This document shows, piece after piece, positions 1 through 12,406 of a DNA stretch of 64,000 bases (position 1 is the stretch's first letter; each line of letters starts with the position of its first letter). The stretch spans positions 66,650,001 to 66,714,000 of the forward strand of contig OX597823.1 in the NCBI GenBank assembly GCA_951406725.2, written 5' to 3'. The translations under genes and the position numbers were made by a program. The notes below the pieces were generated by a model. That model was given only the letters and a program-made list of their open reading frames with translations. It was not told where the DNA came from and ran no database searches. Origin of the DNA: Octopus vulgaris. Lineage: Eukaryota.

Positions 1-722
1 AGGTCTTTCTGCTCAATGAAGTCAATGAATAGAAATAACACACAGTAATGTCACTGACGTAATTGCGTTGAAAGGTATTGTATTTCATCGTTTATCTGAT
101 AACAATTATTAGAATACTTCACAGTCTTGCTTACATATATAAACTGTAGTGTGATGAAGCATTGTCTACTATTAAGTGATGCCAATTCAGTGTTATGGTA
201 ATTATAGTCAATTATACGGGTGTACCTTTTGTAAGAGATGATAATGTTGCGTATTATATCACATTAATTACACTATAGAAATTACTGTGCTTCCTTGATA
301 ATGAACTCCAGAAATATATAACAGTGTTTGTACAAATTGTACATCTAATGCATGGTAACATTGGAGAGTTAATTTTTGTCGTGTTATATACACGCAGGAT
401 AATCAATGGACGAACGAATGTTGACCTGTTGCTTTAAAAAAAAAAGCGTGAGTCCACTTTTATAAGAGGTACACGAAAAACACTTAAATTTGTAGCCAAA
501 AAAATAGGATCGAATTTTACACGAGATCAAACCTGTATTGGAGATCAATTTATGTTGAAATATGTAAGATGCATAAACACAAGCAGGCGCGTGCACACAT
601 GCACTCAGGAAGACACAGACACACATGCACACAGTTCACACACTCATGGCTGTACACACATAAACGCAAGAATATATCAGCCGAGTGGCATTGACAAAAT
701 ACTAAACAATATGACGAAACTC

Positions 723-1049
723 AGTGAGGGTGCGTGGCTTAGTGGTTAGGGCATTCGGCTCATGATCGTAAGGTTGTGAGTTCGATTCCCGGCGACGCGT
801 TGTGTCCTTGAGCAAGACACTTTATTTCACGTTGCTCCAGTCCACTCAGCTGGCAAAAATGAGTTGTACTTGTATTTCAAAGGGTCAGCCTTGTCACTCT
901 CTGTGTCACGCTGATTATCCCCGAGAACTACGTTAAGGGTACACGTGTCTGTGGAATGCTCAGCCATTTGCACGTTAATTTCACGAGCAAGCTGTTCCGT
1001 TGATCGTATCAGCTGGGACCCTCGTCGTCGTAACCGGCGGAGTCTTTAG
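723..1049 (+). mobile_element. tRNA-derived SINE, family A (CORE/Meta-like central domain), full length
   Basis: Pol III A box (TGGCTTAGTGG) and B box (GAGTTCGATTCC), then GTGTCCTTGAGCAAGACACTT; ~180 bp 3' tail shared with 38957-39339; probable TSD ATGAC(G/T)AAACTC at 711-722 and 1050-1061. Confidence 0.85.
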
Positions 1050-1652
1050 ATGACTAAACTCTAACCATACAAAGGAACCTGTTCGCAATTTTTTTTTTTA
1101 TATTTTTAAATTAGCAACCATTTATATTAATAACTATGGAAGATTGGTGGGAATATCATCTGCCTGGACTTCAAAGGCTAGGTTTCTATTTATTTAGATA
1201 ATTTAAGAGTATTAAATTTACTTATTGAATTAACTTACCGATACTGATTTGTACATAAAAAAATGTGTTTCTTTGTTGTATTTTAATTAATAATGTTAGC
1301 ATTTAATCCTTCCTAGAATTAAGAAAGAATGAATGTGGTGATATCTAAGGTATGTTTATTCCCAAACAACATTTATTTTAGTGCTGTTGACACCACCGGA
1401 CCGAATGGTACTGCACAATTGTCGAAACCATAGTGACATCCGTGAGGCAGCTGATGATGGAGGCATGATGTATTGTTGGCATGGCTGTTATTCTATGTTG
1501 GAATAGATTCATAAGACATCAATTTGATATATATTGTCTGCACATTATTATTTGTAGCGTTATCTACTTCGCGTTCCACATTATTAAATATTTATATATT
1601 TCACTATTATGCAAAACTATTGTTTTTCCTGTGTCATCACATTTTTATATAG

Positions 1653-1684
<32 letters not shown>

Positions 1685-1693
<9 letters not shown>

Positions 1694-1950
1694 AATTAAA
1701 ATGAGAATGTCTGTGTCTGTCGGTATGTGCGCATCACTACAACTCGAGTACTACCCAACCAATTTCATTCAAATTTTACACATACACTACCTAAGGTGCA
1801 TGGAGTGTCCTGCAGCAAAATATTTTCAACTTCTTGCAAGCCTGGAGCAATCTCTTAGAGCGTTTCGGTATTACGTGTCAGTGTGAAACAATAACATCTC
1901 TATTGTAATGTGAGATAATATTTTCACTGTGTCTACTATATATACGTAGT
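1685..1950 (+). mobile_element. Probable 5' fragment of a non-autonomous Helitron-like element
   Basis: TATATATAA...GAATGTCTGTGTCTGTC start resembles the 5' ends of the Helitrons at 18762 and 37732; no 3' CTAG/hairpin seen. Confidence 0.35.
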
Positions 1951-2012
1951 AAAACTATTATATAACGTTACATGTATACATGCATACATACATACATATA
2001 TAGATACAATGT

Positions 2013-2097
2013 AGGCGGCGAGCTGGCAGAAACGTTAGCACTCCGGGCGAAATGCTCAGTGGTATTTCGTCTGTCGTTACGTTCTGAGTTCAAATTC
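2013..2097 (+). mobile_element. SINE family B, 5' tRNA-like head only
   Basis: GGCGGCGAGCTGGCAGAAACGTTAGCA...GAGTTCAAATTCC matches the head of the copy at 51356-51568. Confidence 0.8.
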
Positions 2098-2230
2098 CTG
2101 CAATAGCTTGGGATTCCTGGGTTCACAGCTATTCAAATTCTTGCCAAAACATCTGAGGGGCCGCCATGGAGGGAGAGTAGATGTTTTCAAGAAACAACTT
2201 GATCTCTTACTGTCCAGGATTCCAGGAAAC
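2098..2230 (+). mobile_element. CR1/L2-group LINE ORF2 C-terminal fragment
   Basis: Translates NSLGFLGSQLFKFLPKHLR..DVFKKQLDLLLSRIP, typical of the CR1-group ORF2 end; a related copy lies at 29620-29930. Confidence 0.55.
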
Positions 2231-2910
2231 TCAAAACAAGGCAGCGGTATCGAACTCTCTCCTTCAGTAGAAGCCAAAACTTTAGAATAGGACCACATAT
2301 TCATGCCTGGGACGGAAAACTGCAATAAAAAGAGCAGCAGCTCTGCGACAATTTGCTTAAGACCACTTTGGAATGAAATGTATAGGATCAACAAGATATT
2401 TAGTATGAATGAAATTTTGGCGAATTACTGAATATCCTTTACGTAAACCTGTAAAAAATTTAATACATCGAGCGGTTACATATTGAGAAAGAAATTTGTA
2501 CAAACAGATATATTTATATACATTTTGTTTACTTTATATTTATAGAATCCTACAGGCACGACAGGTGGGTTTGCATTGTGATTCTCATTTTCTTTCATTT
2601 GTTTAAGTATCGCGTGTATCAGATAGAGTTGGAGACGAAGAATTGTTTTTTACTTGCTACATAATATCACCCTCTTTCGTCTTTCTCTTTCCTCATAAAC
2701 ATTTACGTGTGCCTACAATAATAAAAATACACACACATACACACACATTCAAACATACGTAAGCACAAATGAAACCACAGTTACACCTATATAAATGCAC
2801 ATATTCGTGTGCCTGTGAGGTTTCTTATTGCATCATGTATATATATACATATATATATACATACATACATACATACATACATACATACATACATACATAC
2901 ATACATACAT

Positions 2911-2965
<55 letters not shown>

Positions 2966-4379
2966 GTCCTTAGCATTTCTTCTTCAATTAATTTTGACAC
3001 AAAATAATTGTTTCATGCCTGCACAACAAACATGTATAACGTTCCGGCATCCGACAACATTCGTGTGAGCACTTCATGATTTAGGAAAGAAAACTGAACT
3101 AAACACATGCAAATAATATCGAAAATAACAGGCTTCATGTTGATAAATAAATAACAGAAAAGAGAACATAAATAGATACTAAACACTGTTTACATTCCTG
3201 CTTAATTTTATTTTCCATGTCATGTATCTAAAAGTTGTTTTTCATCACGCGGACACAGTATTCCGTCTCCCTTTATATATTAGTGTATCTTCCTAGAATG
3301 AATCTTGCTTCATCAAACACGTGAAGTTGTATGCTATATCCATAATAGTATTTGAAAGAAATACGACATGCGAACGAAACATTTTACGACTATACAATAC
3401 GACAGTCGTGAAGTAGCTAATGGAGTTCCCTCCTATACTATTACATTTTGTATACCCATATTTTCTGTGTGCATTCAGAGATTCCAGTTGTTAGACTGGT
3501 TATGTTTCACTCCATCATCTTTTACTAAGCGTACAACCTTGCGTTTCCTTCTCGCTCACCGTGTCGTAATAAGAATTACTTTTCTTAAAGATTTTATTGT
3601 GCATTTCATTTACTTAATATCATTAATTTGAGATACATCATTATGTGTTATGCATATTGCTACCATTTCCTACTTCAAATAATTATAATATTATTTGATA
3701 AAACTTTACTGAGCTAAGACATACTTCTAATGCTTGGGATATTCAGTCATTCGAGGCTTCACATCTGTGTGTGTGTGCGCGCGCGCGCGCGTGTGTGTGT
3801 GTGAGAGAGAGAGAGAGAGAAAGAGATCTTAATCCAAATACCGTCTTGGACTAGTTGGGTCGGTTTAGCAATCAGCCGCCCGGTTTAGCAGCACCACCGT
3901 TCATCTTAGCTGTTTTAACAGTCGCCTCTGTAAGAAGCAGGGCTCCCTTTTTTGAGAAAATCTTCTTTCCCCTTCTCACAGCCTCAGAGACCCTGCGACA
4001 AGTCATTCAAACTGCTTTGACACTTGACTGTAAAGTTAAACGACTCTCTCGGCAGTCATGTTTGTGAACTCACAGCATGCAGGCATACAGACTGTGAATC
4101 TTATGCGATAACGATTCTAATAAATACAACAAACTGAACCACACAGATACAGATACAAATTTGTCAATTTTCTTGATGCCTGCTTTTTTTTTCAGAAACA
4201 GTTTAATATATTGGTGAACGGTCAACGGCATTGGAGAGCATAAAACTTAAAATTGTACCTGAGAAAGAGTTAACTGCCATGGAAAAATGGAAGCCATCTG
4301 AATACTAGAAGAGAATTTACTTGAATCATGCGGATTCAGGCGGGATATCAAAATGATGACTGAAACTCATTGAGGTGTG

Positions 4380-4890
4380 GACACTGTAGAGTTAGTAAGA
4401 CGTGATATGGACATCATGAAAACCACGTATCTCCAAACCCAGATGATTTTTTGGAGTGTCTTCAGTGACGGTGACGTCATGTTGCCTAGGTACTTTAAAG
4501 TCATGCTGCCTAGGTACCTAAGGTTCAATTCAGATGTTTATATGAAGTTGCTGGAGAGTGTGATCTAACCCTGATTGAAGAGGATTACTGCTAGTAGGCT
4601 GTATGTGTAGCAGTTGGATACGGCTCTTTGCCATAGCTGAAGAAAAGTCAGAAGTGATTGTTGGAGAATTTCTACATCACCAGCCTCAGTTTCTGGCTCC
4701 TAATTCCCTCAGCTGTTCTCCCATGGTTTACTATGTGTGGGGCACTCTACCTGCAACACCAAAGCCGAGCTGGTGAGCAAGATCAAGGGCGTGTTTGAAG
4801 GTCATTCCAGTGATACTATGAGAAAGAAACGCATGCACCAGGTACGGGCGAAGGCTTGAGGCTGTGACGATTACTTCGAGTAAACTCTTA
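4380..4890 (+). mobile_element. Degraded Tc1/mariner-superfamily (maT/Tc1-like) transposase, C-terminal part
   Basis: Broken reading with SDGDVM, NSDVYMKLLE, QLDTALCH (QQDxAPxH-like) and PMVYYVWG (SPDxNPxDYxxW-like); stops and frameshifts; 18-bp tandem duplication at 4476-4517. Confidence 0.6.
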
Positions 4891-5710
4891 TCTTCCATCC
4901 ATAACCTAGTCAATAGTTTTCGATGCTTTTAAATACTTTTATTTTTGGATGGTATATTGTCTTTTATTTTCCCTTAATGCAGGCTAATCAAATTTAATCC
5001 TAACACACTTTATCAGTCCTCCACTAAATATTCTTTGACAATGAAGGTTGTCTCTTGCTACACTTGTTGTTTCAGATTATAAGATAATCTAGTGATGAAA
5101 TAAAGCTTTGTATCCTTGCGACTCTCTGACAAAAAAGCAGATATCCATCACATATTCGTGGAAACATGAACGATTCAAAACTCACCCCTATGAAACAGTC
5201 TGAACTTAAATAATGTGTGTGAATTAAAAAAAATATATGAAATATTTTTGCATTATTTCTTTAAGTAGATATTGTAATACAAATTAAGCTTAAAATAGAA
5301 TAGGTGGAGTAATATATATTTCAATTAAAATACATACCTGAAACACTCCGAAAATAAAGTAAACAAAATTGATTGAATAGAATGTGTATCCACGATAAGA
5401 ACAATTAGGAAAAGAATTGTAATATGTGAGGAGAATTCATCTAATGAAAATGTTCTGCTGACAATGATACGGACAAAAGAAATGAATATATATTTAGTGC
5501 TAATCTTTGTACAATGAGCAAATGTGTAATTACAGAGCAGGATGGAGTTAATGTAGTTTGTACGTGTTTTTTCTTCGTTGTGAGTGAGTGTTTATGTATC
5601 TAAGTACAAACATGCACATAAGTATGCAAGCTCTCAAATACACACACATATATGCTCACGCATGTGTGTGTGGGGGCGTGTGTATTTATGTAAATAAACA
5701 TATATAATGG

Positions 5711-5742
<32 letters not shown>

Positions 5743-5809
5743 CAGATAGATAGATGGATGGATGGATAGATAGATAGATAGATAGATGGATAGATATATA
5801 TATATATAT

Positions 5810-5846
<37 letters not shown>

Positions 5847-5929
5847 CAGATAGACAGATAAATAGATAGGTAGGTAGATAGATAGATAGATAGATAGATA
5901 GATATATAGATAGATAGATAGATAGATAT

Positions 5930-5962
<33 letters not shown>

Positions 5963-5967
5963 GAGAC
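5711..5967. repeat. (GATA)n compound microsatellite
   Basis: Direct reading; explains the YLSI ORFs. Confidence 0.95.
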
Positions 5968-6117
5968 AACCTATTCGATAGAGGTGTATGTACGTATGTG
6001 TGAAAGAAATAGTTGTCAAATATAAAAATATTTTCGAGAAAAGTTCAATTAAAATACCCAATACCCATATTCAGACTCACGTTTTATGTATGTATATATG
6101 AGATGCTATATACATGC

Positions 6118-6330
6118 TGGCACTGTGTCGGTTGCGACGAGTATTCCAGATGACCCGATCAAAGAAACAGCTTACTTGTGAAATTAACGTGTATGTAGCT
6201 GAGCACTCCACAGACACGCATACTCTTAATGAAGTTCTCAGGGAGTTTCAGCATGACACAAAATGTGACAATACTGGCTCTTTGCCAGCTGAATGGACTG
6301 GAGTAAACAAAGTGGCTTGCTCAAGGACAC
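6118..6330 (-). mobile_element. SINE family A, degraded 3' part
   Basis: Reverse complement of the tail seen at 860-1045 (GTGAAATTAACGTG, GCTGAGCACTCCACAGACACG). Confidence 0.7.
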
Positions 6331-6334
6331 AACA

Positions 6335-6480
6335 GCGTGGCACCTTGGGCAAGTGTCTTCAACTGTAGCCTCGGGATGACCAAAGCCTTATGAGTGAATT
6401 TGTATGTCTTTGTATCAGTGTTTCTACTCCTTCCATCTCACACCACTTGAAAACCGGTGTTGGTGTGTTTACAGCCTTCA
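6335..6480 (+). mobile_element. SINE family C internal fragment
   Basis: GCGTGGCACCTTGGGCAAGTGTCTTC...CCAAAGCCTT.TGAGTG matches 11854-12255. Confidence 0.7.
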
Positions 6481-8299
6481 TCATCAGTTTAGAAAAGATC
6501 TTACATTTCATATCTTAATGCAGAGAAGTTAAAAAATGAAATGATTAAATGTAAAGAGCTAGCTGTATTAGAGAGGAGTCGGTGAAGTTATGGGGGTGGG
6601 TATTAAGACAGGAAATGGTGAGAGTGGAAGGATAGTTCAAGAAGAGTCGGGGGTTAATAAAGTGAGTACTAAGGAAGGTAGTAGTAGAGGTGAAGATTAA
6701 GATGATGAATAGGAGGGTAGTGCTAATAGTATTTGAATGATAGTCAGTTGCGCTAAGTTTGTTGAAGTTTAGGAATAATAGCTATAGAATTTTTGGAAGT
6801 TGAAATAGTGAGAAAAAGAATGGTAATTATTTGAGGGAATTAAAGTGTCTAGTTCAGTAGCAGAGGTAGTTTACTTAGAGAAGATAGAGGTAGTGGGGAT
6901 GAGTTGGTGGTCAAGATAGCAGGGGTTAGTTGAATAATGAATGTGGGTTGGTATTGGAAGGGGAGTACTAATGTATGCCGAGGAGTCTGAAATTAAATAG
7001 AGGGAGGTGAATAGAGGGGGGATGTTGACAGTGGGGGTATATTAACTGCTTTTGATTGAAGAGGAGAAATAAGAGAAGGGAAAGAATACCTCCCATAAGG
7101 GTAGGAGGCTGTGAGGGAGGTGGGATGTAGTGGGCTAGAGGAATTTGCAAAGGTAACAATGAGAAGGAATAGCTTAATAAGAAGGGTGGTATTAGTTGAG
7201 GTGTTAAGTTGCTAGGCTGGCCATGTAGTACCTCAAATTCAATTTTCATTAAGGATATATATAGATATAGGATTACATAGATTTAATAAAATGGGCAAAT
7301 GATAAGTAGAAACTACGTTTACAAAACAGTAGTACACATGAGAATCATTACAGTCACCCTTTTATTTATAATATTGAGGATGTATCAAACACACATTTAT
7401 GTAGATGAAGGGTACAGACGAATATTTCGACCTAGATTTATGAATGTTACTTCAGTTTTTTATAAAGCCGGACTAGTGAAGACCAATGTACATCATTTTG
7501 GAATTTAGTTTTCAAATGTTAACGTTAGTAAAAAATCACAATATATCGTGAGCAGAAATCTTAGGATTATGCTTCTCAGAGTAAAACTGACTGATTTGTT
7601 TAGTTAAAGATTATTGTGTGGTTCCATGTTTATTATTGCATCTGTGTCTGAATGGACTTGCTGGGTTGATTTTTTGTAATCCGTGATAGGTTTTTGCTGC
7701 AGAGAGAATTACATTGCTACGCTCGTCTAACCTAGATATAACATGGAGTAATATTTACATTATAGCAGAGCCTGTTAGAAATAGCCAACAAATTCGATTA
7801 AAACTACTTATCTATGCATATATTTGTTTATATAATTTATTCAACTACCAGTCAATATCTCTTGAAGTAGGTTAGCTAATACACACAAATTATATATCAC
7901 CCACTCAAATATATAACAAACATTGATAAATACAAACCAAGATTTCCAACAAAAACTATTAAGATGGTCATGGTTGTTGCGCCTCTGATCATTAGTCCGT
8001 TTAATAAAGGCTGGTGTAGGATTAATCGGCAGTAAGATGTTCATGAAGCTACTGAAATGTCCCCTTACGGATATATTGGACGTTCAACAACAACAAAAGA
8101 AATTATTCCGTACGTTTTTATATTCTGTACGTTTAACAACAAAACACTATATTCCGAGACAAATTTTGGAGAACTATTTTGGAGAACCTTACGTAAAGTT
8201 ACAAAAATCGTAGTAAACATCAAGTCTTGCCATTATGAAAACTGCGAAAAAATTTGTATCCAAATGTATATTTACGTGTCTTTTCTGCACTTTACTTTT

Positions 8300-8900
8300 A
8301 TATAATCAGGTAGTATGTTTTTATCCGAGTCCCATTTTCTTTTCTTCGACGCGTCTGGTGCAAAACATAGAATTAATCACAATGTTGTAGTGTTTTACCT
8401 ACTTTCTGTCCGTCACTGACCACTATGGGAACAAACTTTGCACATATTTTATGCATGTTCTGATCTCTATACAGTTGTCACATCAACTCCAAGCTTACTG
8501 TCATTATAGATACACGACGGTCTTCATCTAGAAAATTCAGAATTTTATCAACCAGCTCTTGATGTACCTCTCCCTCGCACGACTATCATCGTCTCTCACC
8601 TTCATTGCCCCCGTCGTTGAAGACACTTGTGCCAGCGAGAAACAGATACTGGGCTCATATAAGTTAATCCATACGTAGTCTGGAGTATTTCATAAGTTTC
8701 TGTAGCGTTCTTGCCTTGTTTAACAGAAAAAAAATATATTGCATGGTGAAATTCCAGATTGGCTTCACGTCTCGACTATATTCTCCAACCTAGTCGACTG
8801 TGACAAGCAGTGTTAAGCAGGATGTTTTCAAAGCGTTGTAGCAAGCATCCTATTCAATCTTGAATAAAACAAAATGTTGGTATGTTTGCTTATTAGATGT
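8300..8900 (-). mobile_element. Degraded mariner transposase, N-terminal part
   Basis: Minus strand gives KNATETYEILQTTYG (mariner HTH), RWHK, VRDD and MHKICAKFVPIVVSDGQK (WVPHEL-equivalent motif). Confidence 0.65.
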
Positions 8901-9029
8901 ATAATAGTAATATGCAAAAATTACAATAGTCTTGGACAGCTATAACTACTTCTAAAACAAAGTCTTAAACCTAGAATGTACCTCATACTAACATGCATAC
9001 TTAGATACATACATAAACATGTAGCACAT

Positions 9030-9192
9030 ATACATACATACATGCATGCATACATACATGCATACATACATGCATGCATGCATACATACATACATACATA
9101 CATACATACATACATACATACATACATACATACATACATACATGCATGCATACATACATACATACATACATGCATGCATGCATACATACATA
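9030..9192. repeat. (TACA)n/(TGCA)n microsatellite
   Basis: Direct reading. Confidence 0.95.
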
Positions 9193-10147
9193 CCCTCTAG
9201 GCACAGGCATCAACTGGAAATCTACGCTGAAAAAGTGATATCGACAGGTGCTACTTAAGAAGAGATAAAGGAAGTAGATTGAGATCAGTGCAGGCAACCT
9301 CTGAATGTTGCATAGTCTCTTTCAGACAGTTCTAGCCAAACGACACTAGCAAAAGGAAATACATTAAATTTGTACTAAAGTGAAGAGAACAATATACTAC
9401 GTTTCAGCAGCGAGCCCGTCAGGAAGTACACTCGTGCTGATGATCTCCCTTAAAACCCCAAAACAGCCTGACTAACATATCTCAAGCAAGAATTGCACGT
9501 GAAATGTTCAGTATACCAATAAGTGATTATGCATGGGTATATTTCCCGAAGAATCGAAGAAGACATTAATATTGACTCGAAGAGTAAACTCTCTTGGACA
9601 CGTGACCTCTACATTACACTCTGAAGGATGTGCATTTGCAATCCAAGAAGAGAAAATTGTTAATATATATCTAATAGACAAAATAGACCGTGAAGCCCTC
9701 GAAGCTCCAAGACGCAAAAGAAAATGTTGATTATGTTGATATTAGCAGCTGCCCAAAAATGTCAATTCTATGCGACATGACCATATCGCAAAACCAATAT
9801 ACAATGTCATTCGGAATAAATGCAGAGAATTTCCCTGCTATTGAATACATACGCAAACAACAACAACACAAGGAAGACTGAAAGAGCAATCCCATCAAAC
9901 CATCTGCCAAGTACTTATACAACAGGTCGAATAGAAAATAAAAAGTATGTATCATCATAGAGGTCAGCTGTCATGATGATGTGAATATCTCTTTGAAAAT
10001 CAAAGGGAAAGAAGATAACTATGGATGAATGCTTCAAAACCTCCAACTTCTACGTTTACACCAATAATATTTGTTGCACTTGATTTTGTGAATAAATGGC
10101 AATCTGGATAAGCTAGAGTTTTCAGATAAGGCAATCATCAAACTTGC

Positions 10148-10223
<76 letters not shown>

Positions 10224-10379
10224 CGTGACCAAAATTTTGGAACATAAGTCTGAAAATTAGAATTTTTATATTAAGTGCTCAAAGTTATATTTGAATTGAA
10301 TTGTACTTGCGCATAAAAATTATGATATTTTATTAAATATTGTAAACTTTGGGGCACAACTGCATACACACACACACAC

Positions 10380-10422
<43 letters not shown>

Positions 10423-10909
10423 CATACATGTCCATATATACATATCTATATCTATCGATCTATATAAATGTATGAGTGGGTGGGCGCTTGTATTTGTTTA
10501 TCCATTCATCTATTCATATTTCTTAAATTAGTCTGAGAAAATAATGTTTTCATATCTATTCAACAAATGTAGCATGTAACAATATGCATTCAGCAATATT
10601 CGTGAAAACATGTGATGCAATTAACATTAAAAGCACCGAGCGGTCATTTATGACTGCTTTTACATTTCCTTTTCAAAATCTAGACTGTATTGAATGTGCA
10701 ATAGTGAGCATCATTTCATTTACGTATGTATATATATAAGGAATTTATCTATATATATCAGCCGAAATTGCGAGGATCATCCTGTTCTTGACTGAGGATT
10801 GAAAGCTTCGAATGACCCGTCGTTGTTTTTTGTATCGTCTATCTGGATGTTTTGTTGTCCCTTTTTGTATCACCTAGTAGTCCGGATGTTTTGCGTCCTT
10901 GTCCCATTT

Positions 10910-10957
<48 letters not shown>

Positions 10958-11228
10958 AAATGCAAAAAAAGGTGGAATATAATTAATTTAATAAAATTAA
11001 TAAATTTCACCTAGTAGATTTATCGGTATGGAAAAGACCATATTTGGTAATGGTTATAATAATTATAATTAAGGGTTAATTGCAACAAGTTGCTCAAAAC
11101 CACATACCGAAAATATTAGAAATACCAGTCAAATTGATCACTATTTCCTCTACTAATAAAAAGTCTCCATAAACAAACAGAATTTGTAACCTGTATGTGG
11201 CAGAAATAACGAAATCCCAGCCTATGGA

Positions 11229-11288
<60 letters not shown>

Positions 11289-11749
11289 ATTCGAGACAAT
11301 ATATATATATATGTACATAAATAAAAGCTAAAAGACTGTATTTTCAAATTCTTTATTCACTGCATTATCTTATATTTAAAATAAATAACACTGAATAATG
11401 ATTTTCAATATCGTTCAGAAATGACCGCTATGGTACTTGTAAGAGAGTTAAGAAATGTTAGTACTTCTAGTGTTAAGGAGAAAAATAAAAGACTTCTGAT
11501 ACGTTCGAAAATATAATTTTTCATTTTTTCATATTTATAAAGGAGAGATGAAATAAACAGATGTTAAATATTGCTTACTTTGCTATTAAATGTCATTATA
11601 CCTGTTATTTATATGAATAAAAATACTACTAGGTCATGTGGTCACAAGATTGTATTTACCTTATATACGTTATTGCGTCGAGAGAGAGAATATTTACTGG
11701 AACAAGTCTTTGCGTATTCTACACTCAGGTGAAAATTGAAATATATATA

Positions 11750-11791
<42 letters not shown>

Positions 11792-11853
11792 ATATACTTC
11801 ATTTGGAAAAAAGCACATCCATATTTTTTAGGTATATATATACATATATATAT

Positions 11854-12255
11854 AGGAGTGGCTGTGTGGTAAGTAGCTTGCTAACCAGCCACATGGTTCC
11901 GGGTTCAGTCCCAGTGCGTGGCATCTTGGGCAAGTGTCTTCTGCTGTAGCTCCGGGCCGACCAATGCCTTGTGAGTGGATTTGGTAGACGGAAACAACCT
12001 GCGTATATATGTATATATATAAGTGTGTGTGTATATGTTTGTGTGTCTGTGTTTGTCCCCCTAGAATTGCTTGACAACCGATGCTGGTGTTTTTACGTCC
12101 CCGTAACTTAGTGGTTTGGCAAAAGAGACCGATAGAATAAGTACTGGGCTTACAAAGAATAAGTCCCGGGGTCGATTTGCTCGACTAAAGGCGGTGCTCC
12201 AGCATGGCCGCAGTCAAATGACTGAAACAAGCAATAGAGTAAAAGAGTAAAGAGT
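11854..12255 (+). mobile_element. tRNA-derived SINE, family C, near full length
   Basis: A box (TGGCTGTGTGG), B box (GGTTCAGTCCC), TTGGGCAAGTGTCTT, internal TA/TG tract, 3' end CCAGCATGGCCGCAGTCAAATGACTGAAACAAG with (AGAGTA)-like tail; about ten related pieces in the window. Confidence 0.85.
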
Positions 12256-12294
12256 AATATATATATATATACATTGAAAGAGGGAGGAGGAGAA

Positions 12295-12406
<112 letters not shown>

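Noticed and set aside
723-800. tRNA gene-like A/B boxes here and at 11854, 38957, 46494, 51356
   Set aside because: They continue into shared SINE bodies and tails, some with TSDs, so they are SINE heads, not tRNA genes
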